Part shown: positions 1-6,620 of the stretch, one piece after another
How positions within the stretch are numbered: the first letter of the stretch is position 1
Layout: the number at the start of each line of letters is the position of its first letter
From: Naegleria gruberi
Lineage: Eukaryota
NCBI GenBank assembly: GCA_000004985.1
Contig: GG739140.1
DNA: 7,416 nt
Reading direction: 5' to 3' (one strand)
The notes under the pieces: generated by a model
Seen by the model: only the letters and a program-made list of their open reading frames with translations
What the model was told of the DNA's origin: nothing
Databases searched by the model: none
Translations under genes and position numbers: made by a program

Positions 1-243
1 TACAGAAATTGCAACAAATCCATTTTTCTTTTCGTATGGTGTTGCAAGTTTTTCGAAGAGAAAATAGGAAAAGTTCTGGAAATAGAATATTCAGAAGCTA
101 TCCCTTACTGTTTCGGATATGATGCAATCTATTGTCTTGCTCTGGAAATGGAAACTGTGTTTCTAACGAAATTTGCTATCGTGGATACTATGGAATGGAT
201 TATTAGCACTGATCCAAGTGTTTGCTCTGAACAGGGAGTATAA
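1..243 (+). CDS. Possible 3'-terminal coding exon of a gene entering from upstream of the window (partial). Frame +1 is open from nt 1 to a TAA at 241-243 (80 codons: YRNCNKSIFLFVWCCKFF...DPSVCSEQGV*).
   Basis: 80 consecutive sense codons in frame 1 from the window edge, in ~30% GC DNA where stops are frequent. Contains hydrophobic stretches. No start codon was required because it would be an internal or terminal exon. I recognise no domain. Confidence 0.2.
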   Translation, partial: YRNCNKSIFLFVWCCKFFEEKIGKVLEIEYSEAIPYCFGYDAIYCLALEMETVFLTKFAIVDTMEWIISTDPSVCSEQGV

Positions 244-779
244 CAAGTTGGAGTTGAGCATTTCTACATTGGCATTGATTAGGAGATTGACAAGAGCCAT
301 TTCTACAAACTTTTGAACTATTGAAAATTTCACCATAGTAACTTCTTTACAAAGTTCTTACTAGTGATACAAAATCTCAATTAGAAATTGAATCTTATTT
401 ACAATTCGATTTTACAATTTCCAATAATTTCTCCAAAACCAAAGAATGGAGTACTCTCTGCCACTAGCTCAATATCTAGAGGAGTTGCTTTGACAGATAT
501 TTTCCAATTTACATCAGTTGAATTCTCTGCCTCTCAAATATTGCAACGGAATCAGAGATTTCATCCATGAGTTTCTCTGTAACAACATATTTTCATTGAA
601 AAAGGTTGGTAAAAAGACTACAGCACCACAGGTTCCCAAGTTGTCTCCAACCTCAGTACTGATGTGGCTCGACGATGCTTAACTTCTCAAATCGGACGGG
701 ATGAGGTGCATTCATCGTGATATGGCCGTAGCCATTCATAACCTTAAATAGCAAAATATGAATCAGTTCAACATTGCAA

Positions 780-785
780 TTTATT
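780..785 (-). promoter_or_regulatory. Candidate polyadenylation signal (AATAAA on the minus strand) about 85 nt downstream of the stop of the 870..2189 gene.
   Basis: Plus-strand TTTATT at 780-785 reads AATAAA on the minus strand. Its distance from the TAA stop at 870-872 is plausible for a 3'UTR. Confidence 0.3.
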
Positions 786-869
786 GTTTTTGGAAATAGA
801 AAAGAGATGGCGATTTTCAAGAAACAACATTGAGAATAATAGTGAAATTCCTTCAAGATTAATAAATCT

Positions 870-2189
870 TTATTTGAATTGGGCAAAAAATTCCTCTATA
901 TTTTCTAATACATTATCAAAAGTGACACTTTGGAGCTCTTTTAAAGGTTTCAGATGTGAATAATCGTAATTTGTATCTGTTTCATCACACGTTCCTTCTT
1001 CTGGTTCTCCAACTCTGAAAAAACAATAAGGAGTCCAATAGAATATTTCGTTAGAAGCTTCTCCACAAATTACAATTTCGTCATATCCACTAACAATAAC
1101 ACAATAATGGTGCCTTCCATTAACATAATAAAGACTCTTTTCTTGATAATCAAAATCATGGACATCGACTATTGGCTCCGAGTAAAGGGCATGAGCATCC
1201 TTATAAGCTCCATAGGTTTGATAGTCTATGTCATCTCTATTGATAGCTCTATAATTTGCAATGAGATTTGAGACATACTCAAAAGCTTCATCTTTGATTT
1301 TTGGATTTTTGATTGTTTTGACATCTCCATAATCATAAGCTGCAGTGAGCTCTTCATCTATCCAAAATATAGTAAGAGGATCAAGATCCAAACCATCATC
1401 TCCTATTTGACCAGCTTGAATTGGGGCAGATTTAGTTTTTCTTTTTCTTGGTACAAGATTTTGCACATTTTTCCAAACTCTTTTACCAGGTTTCATATAA
1501 TTGACAAGATATCCTCGACTATACACCAAACCGACAATACAGGCACAAATAGACTCGAAATCTAAATTTTCCTCCAATATTCCATCAATGAATTGTTTCA
1601 CTTTCTTTTGGATCTTTCTTTTACGATTCGAATAGCACTCCCTTAAAAACTTATTCTCTGATTTATCTAGCAAGAGAATCCTGAAATATTGATACCCGTA
1701 AACTTCTTCATCATCTCCACCATTTATATGATCAGGAAAAAACATTAAAAGCTTGAATTTCCCACCATTTGACTTTCTCAAAGTAACTATGAATTTATAC
1801 TCTCCATTTTTCAAAAAGCATTTTCCTGAAATGAATTGATTTGCAATTTCTGGAATATAGTATTTGTTGCCTTTTTTAGGATAGGAAGCAAAAGATGCCA
1901 TCGATTTGTAAACTAATTCTATTACATATTTAGTCATTCTTTCCGTATGTCTTAAATCATCTCCTGATTTCAATAAGTCAATTAACGAATCTAGTTGATA
2001 AGGCACTGGACATTGACGATAATCATTAACATCTATTCTACGATTATATTTTTTTTCTCCAAAATAACTAATTATAGGACTTTGATTCTTCGTTTTTCCA
2101 TTATTATTATTAGATGGAGGAGGTGGTTCTTTGACATAATTATAAGTATTGAGAATAAAGTTCANATAATAATCGACACAAGTGATGCC
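870..2189 (-). CDS. Hypothetical protein, partial. The reading frame is open from the gap edge at 2189 to a TAA stop at 870-872, at least 440 aa. The first in-frame ATG is at 1935-1937; the ORF-track start at 2006 is a GTG. The true N-terminus is probably in or beyond gap 1. No domain recognised.
   Basis: The six-frame track gives a 378-aa ORF. I extended the same frame upstream by hand through 2007-2189 without a stop (..GITCVDYYxNFILNTYNYVKEPPPPSNNNNGKTKNQSPIISYFGEKKYNRRIDVNDYRQCPV-PYQLDS..). The long uninterrupted ORF in AT-rich DNA and its non-repetitive, compositionally protein-like sequence support a real single-exon coding region. Confidence 0.7.
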   Translation of the reverse strand, partial: GITCVDYYXNFILNTYNYVKEPPPPSNNNNGKTKNQSPIISYFGEKKYNRRIDVNDYRQCPVPYQLDSLIDLLKSGDDLRHTERMTKYVIELVYKSMASFASYPKKGNKYYIPEIANQFISGKCFLKNGEYKFIVTLRKSNGGKFKLLMFFPDHINGGDDEEVYGYQYFRILLLDKSENKFLRECYSNRKRKIQKKVKQFIDGILEENLDFESICACIVGLVYSRGYLVNYMKPGKRVWKNVQNLVPRKRKTKSAPIQAGQIGDDGLDLDPLTIFWIDEELTAAYDYGDVKTIKNPKIKDEAFEYVSNLIANYRAINRDDIDYQTYGAYKDAHALYSEPIVDVHDFDYQEKSLYYVNGRHHYCVIVSGYDEIVICGEASNEIFYWTPYCFFRVGEPEEGTCDETDTNYDYSHLKPLKELQSVTFDNVLENIEEFFAQFK

Positions 2190-2817
2190 NNNNNNNNNNN
2201 NNNNNNNNNNNNNNNNNNNNNNNNNNNNNNNNNNNNNNNNNNNNNNNNNNNNNNNNNNNNNNNNNNNNNNNNNNNNNNNNNNNNNNNNNNNNNNNNNNNN
2301 NNNNNNNNNNNNNNNNNNNNNNNNNNNNNNNNNNNNNNNNNNNNNNNNNNNNNNNNNNNNNNNNNNNNNNNNNNNNNNNNNNNNNNNNNNNNNNNNNNNN
2401 NNNNNNNNNNNNNNNNNNNNNNNNNNNNNNNNNNNNNNNNNNNNNNNNNNNNNNNNNNNNNNNNNNNNNNNNNNNNNNNNNNNNNNNNNNNNNNNNNNNN
2501 NNNNNNNNNNNNNNNNNNNNNNNNNNNNNNNNNNNNNNNNNNNNNNNNNNNNNNNNNNNNNNNNNNNNNNNNNNNNNNNNNNNNNNNNNNNNNNNNNNNN
2601 NNNNNNNNNNNNNNNNNNNNNNNNNNNNNNNNNNNNNNNNNNNNNNNNNNNNNNNNNNNNNNNNNNNNNNNNNNNNNNNNNNNNNNNNNNNNNNNNNNNN
2701 NNNNNNNNNNNNNNNNNNNNNNNNNNNNNNNNNNNNNNNNNNNNNNNNNNNNNNNNNNNNNNNNNNNNNNNNNNNNNNNNNNNNNNNNNNNNNNNNNNNN
2801 NNNNNNNNNNNNNNNNN
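2190..2817. other. Assembly gap of 628 N. There is also a single N at 2165.
   Basis: Run of n characters in the sequence. The non-round length suggests a scaffold gap sized from read pairs. Confidence 0.99.
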
Positions 2818-2902
2818 TGGGAAGTACTGCAGACATTATCTACCTCTTAGCATCTCCGATAAATATCATCAATTATTTTAATAATCAGTTGGCAATGATT
2901 TT

Positions 2903-3429
2903 GATGCAAATAATTACTTTTAAACTCTCCATTACTAAAATTTTCCAATAACAATCACTATTATTAATAATATTTGGACAATGTAGAGATGATGTGGTTT
3001 ATTCTACGATAGAATCAGGCTATTGGTGTTGTCCTATTTTTAATTTAAATGAATCATGATGAATAACCAGAAGTTGACAAAAACACAAAATGATGAAAAA
3101 CTGATAATAAATATATTGTTTATTATGTATTTGAATAGTAGTGATGAAAGACATTTTCCGAGTTGGTGAAGTTAATGTTGAGATATGGTCCATGTTGAAA
3201 ATCACAAAATTACTATTATTATGATAACAATGATGGTTGGTAGTTGTTCCGATGATGTACCAACTTGAATTTTTCCAAATATAATAACATTATTTCCAAA
3301 TCATGATGAACAATTAAATTCCAAAAATTCCTATTATTACTATTATACAAATGATGCTGAGATGAAGTGCTGAAATTCTTCGAGTTTCATGATGTGAAAC
3401 CACTCCAATAATCAACAAAGTCGTGATGT
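2903..3429 (+). repeat. Non-coding cluster of 11 TGATG pentamers. 8 of them are ATGATG (at 2989, 3056, 3090, 3230, 3252, 3303, 3351, 3389). 2 are GTGATG (3141, 3424). One is TGATGCAAA (2903). Spacing is irregular, about 20-90 nt.
   Basis: Counted by eye on the plus strand. The rest of the roughly 5.4 kb of non-N sequence contains only about 2 ATGATG/CATCAT hexamers. Rough expectation for ATGATG in 440 bp at this composition is well under 1. Confidence 0.45.
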
Positions 3430-3477
3430 TACTGCTTGCCAATATTTAGTAAATTTACATCTAATAGGTTAATCTTT

Positions 3478-3876
3478 TTAACTTACAATCTCACAATACT
3501 TTTTAAGATATTCAAAACTTGGAGGTACGTTCAATAATATCAATGGTATCAACATTTTGAATCGAGTTCCAAAAATTACTGATCTTTCCTCCACATTCTT
3601 CATATATTTCACAAATGAATGCTCGTTCACCTTCTTTTCATTCAAAATATGTACAGTGTGAAACTTTCTCAAATTATCAGAAACTGTTTTGTAAATTTTG
3701 TATTGAACAGATTTTTTGGAGAAGGTTTCCAGCAATTCTTGACAATTTCTAATCTTGAATAATAACCAATTGGATAAGAGTGTTTTCCAGATTATTTCAA
3801 ACCGATCGAGTTGATACCATCCCTTGCAGACTAACATACAGGACATGCCATCTCTGATGTCCAAATGTTCCATCAC
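3478..3876 (-). CDS. Small F-box protein. The F-box core is ..TLRHVMEHLDIRDGMSCMLVCKGWYQL.., followed by about 100 aa with no recognised domain. The annotated start is a GTG at 3876, with an ATG at 3871-3873. The N-terminal part of the F-box is in a different frame (see findings).
   Basis: The translated motif L..H...HLD.RD...C.LVCKGW..L matches the F-box consensus (LPxEIL..IL..LD..DL...R.VCK.W..L). The ORF is 132 aa from the track and the frame stays open upstream to a TGA at 3904-3906. Confidence 0.6.
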   Translation of the reverse strand: MMEHLDIRDGMSCMLVCKGWYQLDRFEIIWKTLLSNWLLFKIRNCQELLETFSKKSVQYKIYKTVSDNLRKFHTVHILNEKKVNEHSFVKYMKNVEERSVIFGTRFKMLIPLILLNVPPSFEYLKKYCEIVS

Positions 3877-3949
3877 GTGCCTGAGTGTGTGTCCGGATGA
3901 ATTTCATGTTGAGCCATTTTTTTTGTAATTGAAAAAGTTCTAGAATCTG

Positions 3950-3964
3950 GCAGTTTCGAACTGC
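3950..3964. repeat. Perfect 6-bp inverted repeat GCAGTT-tcg-AACTGC in the roughly 245-bp region between the two divergent F-box genes.
   Basis: Read directly. The arms at 3950-3955 and 3959-3964 are reverse complements. It is GC-rich relative to its AT-rich surroundings. Confidence 0.3.
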
Positions 3965-4120
3965 TCCATTTCCACCTCTCTGATTATTCTTATTATTTCA
4001 TTGTCCAAGAATTACTACTGTTCATCTTTTGTTTTTCAGTTCCGATCTAAATTGATGAGAAGATATGATAGGTGAGAATTTCCTTTTAATTTTTTAATTG
4101 AAAATAAATAAATTAAAAAA

Positions 4121-4351
4121 ATGTCTCAACAACCGTCAATGAATCACACAACTTGGTTTGATCAAGATTTGCTGTTGGCCAATATATTTCTCTATTTACA
4201 TCCGTATGAATTATTTGATAATTCTAAATTATCTTCATGTAGAAATGTTTGTAGATCATGGAATGGTTTAATTTGTGGTGAAGAATTTTGTAAATTTTAT
4301 TTTGAAAACCTCGTTTTGTTGTTATTCGTCCGAACCTTTATTAATCAGTAA
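4121..4351 (+). CDS. F-box protein, first coding exon of a partial gene. MSQQPSMNHTTWFDQDLLLANIFLYLHPYELFDNSKLSSCRNVCRSWNGLICGEEF.. is a complete F-box. The remainder of the gene, the substrate-binding domain, presumably lies in gap 2.
   Basis: Clear F-box consensus (DLLLANIFLYLHPYEL...CRNVCRSWNGLI). The start codon sits in an AAAAAAATG context typical of nematodes. The ORF stops 1 nt before the gap unless the candidate intron at 4290-4348 is used. Confidence 0.7.
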   Translation: MSQQPSMNHTTWFDQDLLLANIFLYLHPYELFDNSKLSSCRNVCRSWNGLICGEEFCKFYFENLVLLLFVRTFINQ

Positions 4352-5707
4352 NNNNNNNNNNNNNNNNNNNNNNNNNNNNNNNNNNNNNNNNNNNNNNNNN
4401 NNNNNNNNNNNNNNNNNNNNNNNNNNNNNNNNNNNNNNNNNNNNNNNNNNNNNNNNNNNNNNNNNNNNNNNNNNNNNNNNNNNNNNNNNNNNNNNNNNNN
4501 NNNNNNNNNNNNNNNNNNNNNNNNNNNNNNNNNNNNNNNNNNNNNNNNNNNNNNNNNNNNNNNNNNNNNNNNNNNNNNNNNNNNNNNNNNNNNNNNNNNN
4601 NNNNNNNNNNNNNNNNNNNNNNNNNNNNNNNNNNNNNNNNNNNNNNNNNNNNNNNNNNNNNNNNNNNNNNNNNNNNNNNNNNNNNNNNNNNNNNNNNNNN
4701 NNNNNNNNNNNNNNNNNNNNNNNNNNNNNNNNNNNNNNNNNNNNNNNNNNNNNNNNNNNNNNNNNNNNNNNNNNNNNNNNNNNNNNNNNNNNNNNNNNNN
4801 NNNNNNNNNNNNNNNNNNNNNNNNNNNNNNNNNNNNNNNNNNNNNNNNNNNNNNNNNNNNNNNNNNNNNNNNNNNNNNNNNNNNNNNNNNNNNNNNNNNN
4901 NNNNNNNNNNNNNNNNNNNNNNNNNNNNNNNNNNNNNNNNNNNNNNNNNNNNNNNNNNNNNNNNNNNNNNNNNNNNNNNNNNNNNNNNNNNNNNNNNNNN
5001 NNNNNNNNNNNNNNNNNNNNNNNNNNNNNNNNNNNNNNNNNNNNNNNNNNNNNNNNNNNNNNNNNNNNNNNNNNNNNNNNNNNNNNNNNNNNNNNNNNNN
5101 NNNNNNNNNNNNNNNNNNNNNNNNNNNNNNNNNNNNNNNNNNNNNNNNNNNNNNNNNNNNNNNNNNNNNNNNNNNNNNNNNNNNNNNNNNNNNNNNNNNN
5201 NNNNNNNNNNNNNNNNNNNNNNNNNNNNNNNNNNNNNNNNNNNNNNNNNNNNNNNNNNNNNNNNNNNNNNNNNNNNNNNNNNNNNNNNNNNNNNNNNNNN
5301 NNNNNNNNNNNNNNNNNNNNNNNNNNNNNNNNNNNNNNNNNNNNNNNNNNNNNNNNNNNNNNNNNNNNNNNNNNNNNNNNNNNNNNNNNNNNNNNNNNNN
5401 NNNNNNNNNNNNNNNNNNNNNNNNNNNNNNNNNNNNNNNNNNNNNNNNNNNNNNNNNNNNNNNNNNNNNNNNNNNNNNNNNNNNNNNNNNNNNNNNNNNN
5501 NNNNNNNNNNNNNNNNNNNNNNNNNNNNNNNNNNNNNNNNNNNNNNNNNNNNNNNNNNNNNNNNNNNNNNNNNNNNNNNNNNNNNNNNNNNNNNNNNNNN
5601 NNNNNNNNNNNNNNNNNNNNNNNNNNNNNNNNNNNNNNNNNNNNNNNNNNNNNNNNNNNNNNNNNNNNNNNNNNNNNNNNNNNNNNNNNNNNNNNNNNNN
5701 NNNNNNN
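4352..5707. other. Assembly gap of 1356 N.
   Basis: Run of n characters. Confidence 0.99.
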
Positions 5708-6267
5708 TCATAATCTGAAAGAAATATTTTCCCTCCTTTTCTGTCAATCGCCAATCCTAATGGTTGACTAAAATGAATATTCTCTGCGTCTTCAATTGTA
5801 TGTATCAATATCCATTCATTTTCGTTCATTTCATCATAAATAAAACATGTATTATGAAAAAGTTCAGCAACAAGCATTCTTTTTGGATTGATGAAAACAA
5901 TATCCGTCACTGTTTTGATTTTTTCAAGTTTCAACTCTTTAATGACCTTTCCATTCACATTCACAGTATCTATTATATCCATAGCTCCTTGGGTACTAAA
6001 TCTGAATAATTGTTTCTGATTTCCAATTATTCTAATTGCCATTCCATACAAATGATTTCTTTCAATTTTCCAAATACAATCAGCACTTGATCCTAATCTC
6101 ATTAAATCCTTCACTCTATATTTAAAAGTATACATATCCTCTACAAAATAAATAGCATCATTTTGTTCATGATCAAAATTCTCTTCAATTAACAAGCCAG
6201 TCACTCCTCCTTCAACAAAAAAAGCTCCCAAATATTCATGGTTAGTCAAATTTTCTTGCTTGAGTTT
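5708..6267 (-). CDS. Hypothetical protein, partial. The frame is open from an upstream TAA at 6268-6270 down to the gap edge at 5708, about 186 aa visible. The first in-frame ATG is at 6133-6135. The C-terminus is lost in gap 2. No domain recognised; ..HFSQPLGLAIDRKGGKIFLSDY is vaguely reminiscent of a beta-propeller/NHL-like blade, which I cannot substantiate.
   Basis: The track ORF of 634 'aa' is mostly N; the real part is residues 1-181. I extended the frame upstream by hand. The listed start at 6249 is a TTG, so the start is either the ATG at 6135 or an unseen upstream exon. Confidence 0.5.
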
Positions 6268-6500
6268 TTATAGCGTTTAATCATTGAAGAATTGACTGTT
6301 GCTTAATTTTTTGTGGATGAGGACAAATTATAATGTGCATGCTGTCGATTGTCCATACACTATTAAGGAAACTTCCACCAGTATAATTTGATCTTATTTA
6401 TGAAACTTAGATAAAGAATAATAAAAAAATAATAAGTAGCAATGCTTAAACAAGATAGTATAAACAAAATATTAATAATATATTTTCATCATGAATGAGA

Positions 6501-6572
6501 TCCCGTGTAGTCCAATGGCTAGGATACCTGGCTTTCACCCAGGAGGTCCGGGTTCAATTCCCGGCATGGGAG
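6501..6572 (+). tRNA. tRNA-Glu, anticodon TTC (UUC), 72 nt.
   Basis: Hand-folded cloverleaf. Acceptor stem TCCCGTG/CATGGGA with one G-T pair. D-arm GTCC..GGAT. Anticodon stem CCTGG/CCAGG with loop CTTTCAC (U33, anticodon TTC, A37). T-arm CCGGG-TTCAATT-CCCGG. Discriminator G. The A-box (TAGTCCAATGG) and B-box (GGTTCAATTCC) are intact. It closely resembles canonical eukaryotic tRNA-Glu(UUC). Confidence 0.92.
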
Positions 6573-6576
6573 GATG

Positions 6577-6582
6577 TTTTTT
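6577..6582 (+). terminator. RNA polymerase III oligo-T terminator (T6), 4 nt past the tRNA 3' end.
   Basis: gatgTTTTTTgg lies immediately downstream of the discriminator base. Confidence 0.6.
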
Positions 6583-6620
6583 GGAAGGAATTTCATCAAT
6601 GATCCCTAAAATAAAATCCA

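Noticed and set aside
388-886. Short ORFs 388..570 (+, 60 aa) and 653..886 (-, 77 aa)
   Set aside because: Both are low-complexity with no domain signal. The second overlaps the stop and 3'UTR of the 870..2189 gene on the same strand in another frame. In AT-rich DNA, ORFs of 60-80 codons occur by chance, and nothing supports them.
870-1100. Ulp1/C48-type cysteine peptidase assignment for the C-terminus of the 870..2189 protein (HHYCVIV ... GYDE ... EEGTCDE)
   Set aside because: The His/Asp/Cys order and a HW-like motif are superficially reminiscent. But the spacing is too short, the Q..DCG signature is absent, and I cannot align the rest of the domain. This was left as 'unrecognised' rather than asserted.
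1995-2951. Track ORFs 1995..2951 (+), 2162..2836 (-), 2182..2850 (+), 4275..5771 (+) and 4341..5747 (-), and most of 4345..6249 (-)
   Set aside because: They consist almost entirely of X translated from the N-gaps and are artefacts of ORF calling through unknown bases. Only the non-N ends were considered, and those are reported separately.
3020-3205. ORF 3020..3205 (-, 61 aa), with 5764..6009 (+, 81 aa) and 6767..6976 (+, 69 aa)
   Set aside because: The first lies inside the non-coding TGATG cluster. The other two are antisense to well-supported minus-strand coding regions. All three are short, hydrophobic or low-complexity, and typical antisense-frame artefacts.
3086-3400. C/D-box snoRNA(s) suggested by TGATGA (C-box-like) and CTGA (D-box-like) strings
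   Set aside because: Where both occur they are only 3-5 nt apart, for example TGATGAaaaaCTGA and TGATGCTGA. That leaves no room for a guide sequence, and no terminal stem pairs the putative ends. So the TGATGA copies are not snoRNA C boxes.
2903-3429. piRNA (21U-RNA) cluster
   Set aside because: The nematode upstream motif core GTTTCA occurs essentially once (minus strand near 3395) rather than at each unit. The recurring element here is ATGATG, which is not the Ruby motif.
3343-3486. A 117-nt intron (GTAAGT at 3481-3486 to TTCAG ending 3370) adding a terminal micro-exon HFISASFV* to the minus-strand F-box gene
   Set aside because: The donor hexamer directly abuts the natural stop (..EIVS*). 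The alternative exon would add only 8 residues, and both versions are equally plausible. Without transcript data the simpler unspliced stop is kept.
4040-4075. Upstream mini-exon (ATGagaagatatgatagGTGAGA) for the plus-strand F-box gene
   Set aside because: A donor-like GTGAGA follows a short ATG-initiated frame. But there is no acceptor before the well-contextualised ATG at 4121 that would keep frame, so it is most likely a chance uATG.
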